64,000 nt of DNA from Yuukianura sp. NJ FZ-2021 (GCA_046563655.1 JAJCTO010000015.1:124001-188000); one strand, 5' to 3'; positions 15,001 through 25,145 are shown, counted from the stretch's first letter. The notes: generated by a model from the sequence alone, not told the origin. Numbers and translations are program-made.

Positions 15001-16546
15001 ATTTTCATAAATAAAGGTAACAAGATGAGGCACGAGACAGCAAGTGAAAGTGGGTTGCTGTAGTACTTTTTATGAGGATTTCAAAAATGTAATTTACTTT
15101 CTGTTCATTCTCACATTTGCATGTTCATTCTCTCAAATTTATGTCGTTTTCACACAATGGTGCTCGGCATTGCTCAATGTGCCGTTTACCAACCCAAGAT
15201 AAACTCCGAGGCAGTGCGGTTCATCCAGACTTTTAAGTTCACTCTAACCAGATTTAATAGCGATCTATCCACGCCAATCAAACTTGGGTTCCTGAAGTAC
15301 TTTTCACGAGGATTTCAGAAAAGCAACTCATTTTCACCCGGCATCGCTCCGAGTGGATGTTCTTGAAACAAATTTTCATAAAGAAAAGTAACGAGATGAG
15401 GGACTACACAGCAAGTGAAAGTGGGCTCCTGTAGCACTTTTTATGAGGATTTCAAAGATGTAGTTGACTTTTACCTAGCATCGTTCCTGAATGCATTTCT
15501 TTTGAATTTTTGTTTTGAAACTTGAATTTTCATAAATAAAGGTAACAAGATGAGGCACGAGACAGCAAGTGAAAGTGGTTCCTGTAACACTTTTTATGAG
15601 GATTTCAAAAATGTAATTTACTTTCTGTTCATTCTCACATTTGCATGTTCATTCTCTCAAATTTATGTCGTTTTCACACAATGGTGCTCGGCATTGCTCA
15701 ATGTGCCGTTTACCAACCCAAGATAAACTCCGAGGCAGTGCGGTTCATCCAGACTTTTAAGTTCACTCTAACCAGATTTAATAGCGATCTATCCACGCCA
15801 ATCAAACTTGGGTTCCTGAAGTACTTTTCACGAGGATTTCAGAAAAGCAACTCATTTTCACCCGGCATCGCTCCGAATGGATGTTCTTGAAACAAATTTT
15901 CATAAAGAAAAGTAACGAGATGAGGGACGACACGGCAAGTGAAAGTGGGTTCCTGTAGCACTTTTTATGAGGATTTCAAAAATGTAATTTACTTTCTGTT
16001 CATTCTCGCATTTGCATGTTCATTCTCTCAAATTTATGTCGTTTTCACACAATGGTGCTCGGCATTGCTCAATGTGCCGTTTACCAACCCAAGATAAACT
16101 CCGAGGCAGTGCGGTTCATCCAGACTTTTAAGTACACTCTAACCAGATTTAATGGCGATCTACCCACGCCAATCAAACTTGGGTTCCTGAAGTACTTTTC
16201 AGGAGGATTTCAGAAAAGTAACTCATTTTCACACGGCATCTCTCCGAGTGGAGGTCCTTGAAACAAATTTTCATAAAGAAAAGTAACGAGATGAGGGACG
16301 ACACGGCAAGTAAAAGTGGGTTCCTGTAGCACTTTTTATGAGGATCTCAAAAATGTAGTTGACTTTTACCTAGCATCGTTCCGGAATGCATTTCTTTTGA
16401 ATTCTTTGTTTTGAAACTTGAATTTTCATAAATAAAGGTAACAAGATGAGGCACGAGACAGCAAGTGAAAGTGGGTTCCTGTAGCACTTTTTATGAGGAT
16501 TTCAAAAATGTAATTTACTTTCTGTTCATTCTCACATTTGCATGTT
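27..16546. repeat. Satellite A array 1: ~36 long units (371/372 bp) and ~19 short units (155 bp), with higher-order repeats
   Basis: Near-identical ORF translations recur at 371/372-bp or ~526-bp (371+155) spacing. The motif GGGTTCCTG(T/A)AG(C/T)ACTTTT repeats throughout. nt 1-26 do not match the unit. Confidence 0.97.
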
Positions 16547-17028
16547 TAATGGCGCATGTCAACCCCGGAATTAAGTATTTGTTTTGCAGAAAAATGGCAC
16601 AAAATGGACGACCAATCATTTCAAATACTTTAGAAGTATTTGTGTTAGTTCGAATCTGCTCTTATAACCATCCTCCTTTTTAGAATCAGTGTTTGCAGGG
16701 TCATTTTGGCGAAAATACAAAGCACACTGAGCCTGAGATTTCTTGAATTCCTTGTTGTAACTCAAAAGATTATCCAAATATGCTCGATAGGCATATTGAT
16801 TAGACGCTCGGGTTATCAATTGTTCATTCAACCAAATCGACACTTGGTTGAACATGGAGTGTAGGGTTTTGTTGACTGTAGTAATCGAATCGGTTGCAGC
16901 AACATTTGTTCCATCCGCCTTTACAACATTGGCTTTGCTGTACAATTTAGTTTCTGCCAAATCAATCCATTGGGAGTCGTTGCTTTTGCAGAAAGAACTC
17001 AATCGGTGAGTTTTGATCAGATGCGACT
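16547..17028 (-). pseudogene. Polinton/Maverick major capsid protein (double jelly-roll, hexon-like) N-terminal fragment, frameshifted
   Basis: Stitching frames gives SDQNSPIEFF / KSNDSQWIDLAETKLYSKANVVKADGTN..VNKTLHSMFNQVSIWLNEQLITRASNQYAYRAYLDNLLSYNKEFKKSQ / SKVFEMIGRPFCAIFLQNKYLIPG(VDMR). This fits recalled Polinton MCP motifs (PIEF, IDL, LHSLFSQV, YPYRAY, GRLH.D...Q.KYL..GVD). Confidence 0.85.
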
Positions 17029-17034
17029 CTGTTC

Positions 17035-17196
17035 TTTATCCTGGATTAATTTCTCTCATATATATATATATATCCAGATAAATCTTGTCCTTATCTTATA
17101 AGTTTTAATATTAATAATTAATAAATATTAAGAATCTTTATATATTAATATAAAATATAATATTTTATATCTTATATAAGATATCTTATATAAGAT
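17035..17196. repeat. AT-rich palindrome/hairpin cluster with a (TA)n run
   Basis: Perfect 28-bp palindrome (ATCTTATATAAGAT)x2 at 17169-17196. 10-bp stem ATATAAAATA-TAA-TATTTTATAT at 17148-17170. Imperfect inverted repeat TTTATC(C)TGGAT..ATCCAGATAAA flanks the (TA)n run. Confidence 0.85.
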
Positions 17197-17316
17197 TATT
17201 ATCTCTAGTCATGACAGCCGAATATCATGCTTGTACTCGTTGTTGGTTACATTTGACCTCTAACTGCTACTGTGTTTTACTTAAGAACACACTAGTTGTC
17301 GCACCTTTGTGTTTAT

Positions 17317-20300
17317 GCAGTGCGGTTCATCCAGACTTTTAAATACACTCTAACCAGATTTAATGGCGATCTATCCACGCCAATCAAACTTGGGTTCCTG
17401 AAGTACTTTTCAGGAGGATTTCAGAAAAGTAACTCATTTTCACACGGCATCTCTCCGAGTGGAGGTTCTTGAAACAAATTTTCATAAAGAAAAGTAACGA
17501 GATGAGGGACGACACGGCAAGTGAAAGTGGGTTCCTGTAGCACTTTTTATGAGGATCTCAAAAATGTAGTTGACTTTTACCTAGCATCGTTCCGGAATGC
17601 ATTTCTTTTGAATTCTTTGTTTTGAAACTTGAATTTTCATAAATAAAGGTAACAAGATGAGGCACGAGACAGCAAGTGAAAGTGGTTCCTGTAACACTTT
17701 TTATGAGGATTTCAAAAATGTAATTTACTTTCTGTTCATTCTCACATTTGCATGTTCATTCTCTCAAATTTATGTCGTTTTCACACAATGGTGCTCGGCA
17801 TTGCTCAATGTGCCGTTTACCAACCCAAGATAAACTCCGAGGCAGTGCGGTTCATCCAGACTTTTAAGTTCACGCTAACCAGATTTAATAGCGATCTATC
17901 CACGCCAATCAAACTTGGGTTCCTGAATTACTTTTCACGAGGATTTCAGAAAAGCAACTCATTTTCACCCGGCATCGCTCCGAGTGGATGTTCTTGAAAC
18001 AAATTTTCATAAAGAAAAGTAACGAGATGAGGGACGACACGGCAAGTGAAAGTGGGTTCCTGTAGCACTTTTTATGAGGATTTCAAAAATGTAATTTACT
18101 TTCTGTTCATTCTCGCATTTGCATGTTCATTCTCTCAAATTTATGTCGTTTTCACACAATGGTGCTCGGCATTGCTCAATGTGCCGTTTACCAACCCAAG
18201 ATAAACTCCGAGGCAGTGCGGTTCATCCAGACTTTTAAGTACACTCTAACCAGATTTAATGGCGATCTATCCACGCCAATCAAACTTGGGTTCCTGAAGT
18301 ACTTTTCAGGAGGATTTCAGAAAAGTAACTCATTTTCACACGGCATCTCTCCGAGTGGAGGTTCTTGAAACAAATTTTCATAAAGAAAAGTAACGAGATG
18401 AGGGAGGACACGGCAAGTGAAAGTGGGTTCCTGTAGCACTTTTTATGAGGATCTCAAAAATGTAGTTGACTTTTACCTAGCATCGTTCCGGAATGCATTT
18501 CTTTTGAATTCTTTGTTTTAAAACTTGAATTTTCATAAATAAAGGTAACAAGATGAGGCACGAGACAGCAAGTGAAAGTGGGTTCCTGTAGCACTTTTTA
18601 TGAGGATTTCAAAAATGTAATTTACTTTCTGTTCATTCTCACATTTGCATGTTCATTCTCTCAAATTTATGTCGTTTTCACACAATGGTGCTCGGCATTG
18701 CTCAATGTGCCGTTTACCAACCCAAGATAAACTCCGAGGCAGTGCGGTTCATCCAGACTTTTATGCTCACTCTAACCAGATTTAATAGCGATCTATCCAC
18801 GCCAATCAAACTTGGGTTCCTGAAGTACTTTTCACGAGGATTTCAGAAAAGCAACTCATTTTCACCCGGCATCTCTCCGCGTGGAGCTTTTCGGATGATT
18901 TCTTTTGAAACAAATTTTCATAAAGAAAAGTAACAATATGAGGTATGACACAGCAAGTGAATGCGGGCTCCTGTAGCAATATTTATGAGGATTTCAAAAA
19001 TGTAATTTACTTTCTGTTCATTCTCGCATTTGCATGTTCATTCTCTCAAATTTATGTCGTTTTCACACAATGGTGCTCGGCATTGCTCAATGTGCCGTTT
19101 ACCAACCCAAGATAAACTCCGAGGCAGTGCGGTTCATCCAGACTTTTAAGTACACTCTAACCAGATTTAATGGCGATCTATCCACGCCAATCAAACTTGG
19201 GTTCCTGAAGTACTTTTCAGGAGGATTTCAGAAAAGCAACTCATTTTCACACGGCATCGCTCCGAGTGGATGTTCTTGAAACAAATTTTCATAAAGAAAA
19301 GTAACGAGATGAGGGACGACACAGCAAGTGAAAGTGGGTTCCTGTAGCACTTTTTATGAGGATCTCAAAAATGTAGTTGACTTTTACCTAGCATCGTTCC
19401 GGAATGCATTTCTTTTGAATTCTTTGTTTTGAAACTTGAATTTTCATAAATAAAGGTAACAAGATGAGGCACGAGACAGCAAGTGAAAGTGGTTCCTGTA
19501 ACACTTTTTATGAGGATTTCAAAAATGTAATTTACTTTCTGTTCATTCTCACATTTGCATGTTCATTCTCTTAAATTTATGTCGTTTTCACACAATGGTG
19601 CTCGGCATTGCTCAATGTGCCGTTTACCAACCCAAGATAAACTCCGAGGCAGTGCGGTTCATCCAGACTTTTAAGTTCACGCTAACCAGATTTAATAGCG
19701 ATCTATCCACGCCAATCAAACTTGGGTTCCTGAATTACTTTTCACGAGGATTTCAGAAAAGGAACTCATTTTCACCCGGCATCGCTCCGAGTGGATGTTC
19801 TTGAAACAAATTTTCATAAAGAAAAGTAACGAGATGAGGGACGACACGGCAAGTGAAAGTGGGTTCCTGTAGCACTTTTTATGAGGATTTCAAAAATGTA
19901 ATTTACTTTCTGTTCATTCTCGCATTTGCATGTTCATTCTCTCAAATTTATGTCGTTTTCACACAATGGTGCTCGGCATTGCTCAATGTGCCGTTTACCA
20001 ACCCAAGATAAACTCCGAGGCAGTGCGGTTCATCCAGACTTTTATGTTCACTCTAACCAGATTTAATAGCGATCTATCCACGCCAATCAAACTTGGGTTC
20101 CTGAAGTACTTTTCACGAGGATTTCAGAAAAGCAACTCATTTTCACCCGGCATCGCTCCGAGTGGATGTTCTTGAAACAAATTTTCATAAAGAAAAGTAA
20201 CGAGATGAGGGACGACACAGCAAGTGAAAGTGGGTTCCTGTAGCACTTTTTATGAGGATCTCAAAAACGTAGTTGACTTTTACCTAGCATCGTTCCAGAA

Positions 20301-20998
20301 TGCATTTCTTTTGAATTCTTTGTTTTGAAACTTGAATTTTCATAAATAAAGGTAACAAGATGAGGCACGAGACAGCAAGTGAAAGTGGGTTCCTGTAGCA
20401 CTTTTTATGAGGATTTCAAAAATGTAATTTAATATCTGTTCATTCTCACATTTGCATGTTCATTCTCTCAAATTTATGTCGTTTTCACACAACGGTGCTC
20501 GGTATTGCTCAATGTGCCGTTTACCAACCCAAGATAAACTCCGAGGCAGTGCGGTTCATCCAGACTTTTATGTTCACTCTAACCAGATTTAATAGCGATC
20601 TATCCACGCCAATCAAACTTGGGTTCCTGAAGTACTTTTCAGGAGGATTTCAGAAAAGCAAATCATTTTCACCCGGCATCGCTCCGAGTGGAGGTTCTTG
20701 AAACAAATTTTCATAAAGAAAAGTAACGAGATGAGGGACGACACGGCAAGTGAAAGTGGGTTCCTGTAGCACTTTTTATGAGGATTTCAAAAATGTAATT
20801 TACTTTCTGTTCATTCTCACATTTGCATGTTCATTCTCTCAAATTTATGTCGTTTTCGACAAAATGGTGCTCGGCATTGCTCAATGTGCCGTTTACCAAC
20901 CCAAGATAAACTCCGAGGCAGTGCGGTTCATCCAGACTTTTAAGTACACTCTAACCAGATTTAATGGCGATCTATCCACGCCAATCAAACTTGGGTTC
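17317..20998. repeat. Satellite A array 2
   Basis: Same 371/372-bp and 155-bp units. Ends at ...CAAACTTGGGTTC, directly abutting gag sequence. Confidence 0.97.
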
Positions 20999-22508
20999 TC
21001 GAGGTCAATTCGAGGTAGGGAGGAGTTTCTCGAGGATTGGTGAACAGGTGGTTCCTTCTTCTTCTTTGGAACTGGAGGTCCTTGAGGGACCTCCTCTTGA
21101 AATGACCCTAAAGCCAAACCAACACCTGATGGACACTGAAACTTACGATGCCCAAAACCATTACACTTGAAGCACTGAACATCACTTAAATCTTGCCTAG
21201 AGGTCTGACCTTGACCTCTGCCTTGACCACCACCACGGTCATTGTCATTTGAAGAACCACGATTACCACGGTAACCGCCCTTCCCACGATGATTCATGTT
21301 GAGGCTGCACTGAATTCTTGTCATAATTGGATTTTGCACTTTGACCTTGTGACTGGTCATTGGGTTGAGATGAGGAATGTCCACTGTTCGAACTTCCATT
21401 ACTTCCACTAGTCGGGGATTGATCACTGGAATAAATCTTGTAGCCATTTCCCTTGCCTTTCCAGTTTCCACGGAAGCCATTATTTTTGGCTTCCTTCCCA
21501 CGAAACCAATTATTCCCATTGGAAGTTCCAGCAGAACTTCCAGCATTTGAATTTGAGGAATTATCATCTTTCTTGACTGACTCTGACTTTGAGTCGACCT
21601 TGACAATTGGAGGTAATCCGAACTTGTTTTTTGTGATTCCGTCTTCTGCCGTTAAATTCGACATGCATCAAAAAGTGATTCCACTGTGTCAAACTGTTGA
21701 GTTCCAAGGGCTGTGCGAATCCTCGGATTCAAGCCTAATTTAGCACGTAGCACTGCATCAGCCACTGACTCATGTGGATAAATTAATCTGGAGCACCGAA
21801 CCACATCATACAAATAAAATTCAACAGACTCGTTGAACTGTTGTCTTCTTGTGTGCAGAAGCCTCGTTCGTTCTGCAATGTCCATCCAATTATCATATCT
21901 GCTGATAAATGCGTCTTTGAATGAATCCCAGTCTGTCACTGTCACTAGGATGTGGTCGAGCCATGGTTGAGGTTCTACTGGCAAGACCGTTTTCACAAGA
22001 TAAAGAAACTGCCTTTGCTCATGTCCTTGAGCAGTGAAGTAACGCTCTACTTCATTTAGGTAGCCTAGCCTGACATCTTCTTAGGATCAAAACTCGGCAC
22101 AGGCAATTTAGATGATAATGATGTGAACTTGATGCTTTTCAATGCTGTTATCAATGCTTGGGTCTGACCAACTGGTTCTGCCTCCGCAGGGGCAGACGTC
22201 ACCGCAGCGACTTCACCGGTCACCCGCTGAACTAATCTCTGCTCCACGCCGCGCACGGCATGGGCCACGGCCTCGGCCACTAACTTATCCACTTCATCCT
22301 TGGTGTATGTCGCCATGGTTACAGATGAACCTGGGGCACTAACGATGATTTTAGGTGATGTAACTGGAGTCGGAATCTTACTGTCTTGACTTCGGAGAAA
22401 CGGTGCTTCCGAATCTGACGTAGGGCTAAGCTCTGGTAGCTTAAATGTCAATGTAGGATCAATTTCCAAATTTTTTAATTCTTTACTTACAGGTTTTCTG
22501 TCTGACAT
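20999..22508 (-). pseudogene. Gag-A, Ty3/gypsy-type Gag (capsid + CCHC knuckle), three frameshifts, 3' end cut by satellite A
   Basis: ORF pieces 22065-22508, 21652-21996, 21263-21664 and 20999-~21290 align in order with Gag-B (ATYTKDEVD, ALITALK.IKFTSLSSKLPVP, GYLNEVERYFTAQGH, RYDNW.D.AERTRLLHTR, LPPIVKV, CFKCNGFGHRKFQC, ALGSFQ). Shifts fall near 22065, 21655 and 21290. Confidence 0.9.
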
Positions 22509-22737
22509 GGAGTGGATCCAGTGGAAGTTGTTTCGGCAACTTCCTCCTTCTATGTACAAGATTAAGAGATGATCCACTTCTGAATTATGGCCACTTTCCT
22601 TTTGACCAAAGGTAACGTCCACTCACGAACAATTACATGATGTCTTGATCCCACTTGACACAGAATAAAAGTTTTTACCACTCACCATGTGTTGTTACGC
22701 CATTGTGACCTTTGACATCAGCAGTAACACTCACAAA

Positions 22738-22747
22738 ACGGTCGCCA
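22738..22747 (-). promoter_or_regulatory. Primer-binding site TGGCGACCGT (tRNA-Arg-like) of the Gag-A unit
   Basis: Lies 2 nt after the LTR-A end (...GCTACA CA TGGCGACCGT). Complementary to a tRNA 3' end ...ACGGUCGCCA, as recalled for insect tRNA-Arg(TCG). Confidence 0.75.
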
Positions 22748-22749
22748 TG

Positions 22750-23085
22750 TGTAGCACCTCGTGCTACGTAAAACTGCCAAAGATGGCCTCCAGACTATCG
22801 ATCCGAGCACTGCCGGACTCATGCAACGAAACTGAGGACCAAAAGGGACACCAAATGAAACAACACGAAGACACGACGACAATAAATATAAAATATATTT
22901 ATTGTACACTATGATACAAAACTTCAGCTCATGCTGAATCGAACACCAAAAACCGACTGACTGGCACAACCAGTCTCTCTCCTCTCTACCACGCTAACTC
23001 TGAAACCGAATCTCGCGCTAAGCGCTAACCAATCTCAACTAAATGCTAAGACTAAACACTAACCTAACACTACTCTAGGGCCACA
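22750..23085 (-). repeat. LTR-A (336 bp)
   Basis: Minus strand runs TGTGGCCCTAGAGTAG...GTAGCACGAGGTGCTACA, with TGT/ACA termini and a minus-strand AATAAA near 22900. A PBS follows and a purine-rich tract precedes it. Confidence 0.8.
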
Positions 23086-23095
23086 CCCTAACCTC
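23086..23095 (-). promoter_or_regulatory. Putative polypurine tract GAGGTTAGGG immediately 5' of LTR-A
   Basis: 8 of 10 bases are purines and the tract abuts the TGT start of LTR-A on the minus strand. It is short and imperfect. Confidence 0.45.
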
Positions 23096-23386
23096 AAGGG
23101 GCAAATGACCCTAACCTAAACGGGGGAACACGGGGCACTTCAACTGAACTTCACAAATCAACATTTTATCCAATATTTTCAAATAATCACACTTCCACAC
23201 ACTTTTTAAATCTTCATTTTTTGAATTTTGAGGGAATACGACCCTTTTTACATAGAATAGCAATGCAGCATTATTTACTTCAAATTCTGAAGCTAGAGTA
23301 ACGCTGCACTTCAGCATCGTGGCCGGGCAAACGTTCTCTGGAGCGATGTCGGAAGATTGAGGCCTCGTTCCCGCACATCTCTCTTT

Positions 23387-23992
23387 TTAGTCTCCTCCAT
23401 TTCCATTTCTCATAAAATTTTTCGCAACACTTTTCACTTCACATTCCACTTCCTTGATCCTCGGAAGTTGGAGATACAGTACCGCCAGTGCACTTAGCCG
23501 AATACTGTCTCCGGGAGAGCCCTGGTCGCAACCATAATCTTCATCGTCTGACGTCACTGTAGTCCATGAAAACGCGTCCGCTGCCATGTACTGCCGGCCA
23601 GTCAGAGGCACTCTCCATATAATTTCTGGATTCATCAATTTCCTTTTCATCATCACTACCACCACTTCCCACCAACAAACTATGTACAAATGATTGGAGC
23701 CGCTAAAACGCGACTCCCAAGGCACTAACACAAAAACAATATTTACAAACACTTCCATTGTTATGAGTGATTCAGAACACTCAACACGAAAAACAGCCAA
23801 AAAATTTAACTTATAACTTGAAGTACCGACAAGTTGAAATTCGTCCAAAAACTGAATTATAATTTGAGAAATGATGGACGAAACGTCATTCCCCACTTTT
23901 AGAATCTTCTGAATCTTCTTCTTCCTCTCCATATTCGCCGTAATCTTCCACGACTTCCTCTGAAATATCCACTTGAAAGGATCCAAGAGCAA
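23387..23992 (-). CDS. Hypothetical 201-aa ORF overlapping the Gag-B 3' end in the +1 frame
   Basis: Open in both copies (201 and 202 aa) despite 9 substitutions and an in-frame 3-bp length change. No recognisable domain and a non-ATG first codon. Confidence 0.2.
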   Translation of the reverse strand: MLLDPFKWIFQRKSWKITANMERKKKIQKILKVGNDVSSIISQIIIQFLDEFQLVGTSSYKLNFLAVFRVECSESLITMEVFVNIVFVLVPWESRFSGSNHLYIVCWWEVVVVMMKRKLMNPEIIWRVPLTGRQYMAADAFSWTTVTSDDEDYGCDQGSPGDSIRLSALAVLYLQLPRIKEVECEVKSVAKNFMRNGNGGD

Positions 23993-25145
23993 AATTCATT
24001 GGCGCAGGACACTGAAACTGCTTGTGGCCACGCCCGCTACATCGCCAGCAATAAATTTCATCTGCATTTCGATACTGATCGCGTCTGGAGCCATTAAAAT
24101 GACTCCTGTTCTCATCTGGAGACACATCCACTTCACTCTGACCTCCACTAGCACTAATTTCTAAGTCATCTCCTTGAGCTTCATCATCATATGTAACTTC
24201 GTCTGCAGTTCCAGAATGATTGGAGCCAACATCATTGACTCCTGTCCCACATGGTTCTTGTTCACCGTCACTCTCCTCCTTTTCACTATCACTTTTTTCA
24301 TTTTTACAACCATTTTCTTCTTCCTCACCATCACTTTCACTATTTACATCCAAATTTACCTTCACAATTGGAGGTAACTGATTTTTTAGTTTGTACAGAT
24401 CATCTTCTGCACATAAATAGGCATGAGCAACCCTGCATGCCACAAATAATTCATCAACTGTAGAAAAACTGGTTGTTCCTAAGGCTGTACGTAGCCTAGG
24501 ATAAAGAGCCAGCCTTGCCCGTAGCACTGAAGCCGCTTCTGACTCATTTGGGTGCACTAACTTGGCACTCCGAACCATTTCATAAATGAATTGTTCCACT
24601 GGTTCCTCCAATTTCTGTAATCTGGTGTGCAGTAGTCTGGTCCTCTCAGCAACATCAATCCAATTATCATAACGATTGATGAACTGCATTTTGAATTCAC
24701 TCCACTGTGTCACTGTACCAAGCACATGCTCCAACCACGGTTGTGATTCACTTGGTAAAACTGTTTTAATTAAGTAAAGAAACTGCTCTGTCGAATGACC
24801 TTGTGCAGTAAAATACCGTTCCACTTCCACTAAATATCCAGCAGCACTCATTTTCTTCATATCAAATTTGGGAACTGGTAATTTTGAACTCAAAGACGTG
24901 AACTTCACATTTTTCAGGGCCGTAATCAGCGCCTCTGTTTGGCCACGTGGTGTGATTGGAGCCCCCGCAGCGACTCCGACGGAACTCGATGCAACTATTT
25001 TTTCCTCCACGCCTCGCAAGGCTTTAGCTACCGCAGCAGCCACTATTCCATCAACTTCTTCTTTGGTGTATGTAGCGATAACCGAATCACTCACTTTTGC
25101 CGGCACTGCACTACTTGGGATGGGAGATGCACTGGGGATAGACAT
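23886..25145 (-). CDS. Gag-B, intact 419-aa Ty3/gypsy-type Gag with capsid domain, acidic linker, one CCHC zinc knuckle and acidic tail
   Basis: Uninterrupted ATG-to-TGA ORF. Retrotransposon-gag-like WSEFKMQFINRY..RLQKLEEPVEQFIYEM and a CX2CX4HX4C knuckle CWRCSGRGHKQFQC. Confidence 0.9.
   Translation of the reverse strand: MSIPSASPIPSSAVPAKVSDSVIATYTKEEVDGIVAAAVAKALRGVEEKIVASSSVGVAAGAPITPRGQTEALITALKNVKFTSLSSKLPVPKFDMKKMSAAGYLVEVERYFTAQGHSTEQFLYLIKTVLPSESQPWLEHVLGTVTQWSEFKMQFINRYDNWIDVAERTRLLHTRLQKLEEPVEQFIYEMVRSAKLVHPNESEAASVLRARLALYPRLRTALGTTSFSTVDELFVACRVAHAYLCAEDDLYKLKNQLPPIVKVNLDVNSESDGEEEENGCKNEKSDSEKEESDGEQEPCGTGVNDVGSNHSGTADEVTYDDEAQGDDLEISASGGQSEVDVSPDENRSHFNGSRRDQYRNADEIYCWRCSGRGHKQFQCPAPMNFALGSFQVDISEEVVEDYGEYGEEEEDSEDSKSGE

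Larger units (their letters stand above)
16547..17316. mobile_element. 770-bp non-satellite insert derived at least partly from a Polinton/Maverick (adintovirus-like) element, copy 1
   Basis: Satellite stops after ...TTTGCATGTT (16546) and resumes at GCAGTGCGG (17317), with ~85 bp of the unit missing and no target-site duplication. The insert holds capsid homology plus an AT-rich segment. Confidence 0.8.

Noticed and set aside
414..21043. Dozens of 67-107-aa plus-strand ORFs (MVLGIAQCAVYQPK...) as a tandem gene family
   Set aside because: They are translations of satellite A. Starts and lengths change with 1-bp indels between units and no domain is recognisable.
21263..22070. Programmed frameshifting or readthrough in Gag-A
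   Set aside because: Three separate disruptions, including an apparent ~13-bp deletion relative to Gag-B within the conserved region, indicate decay.
23059..23120. Telomere-like CCTAA/CCCTAA motifs near LTR-A
   Set aside because: Only a few scattered copies rather than a tandem tract, better explained as part of the PPT/U3 region.
23886..25145. Domesticated Arc-like host gene
   Set aside because: It retains LTR, PBS and a zinc knuckle and lies in duplicated satellite DNA. Domestication cannot be supported without orthology data, so no gene symbol was assigned.
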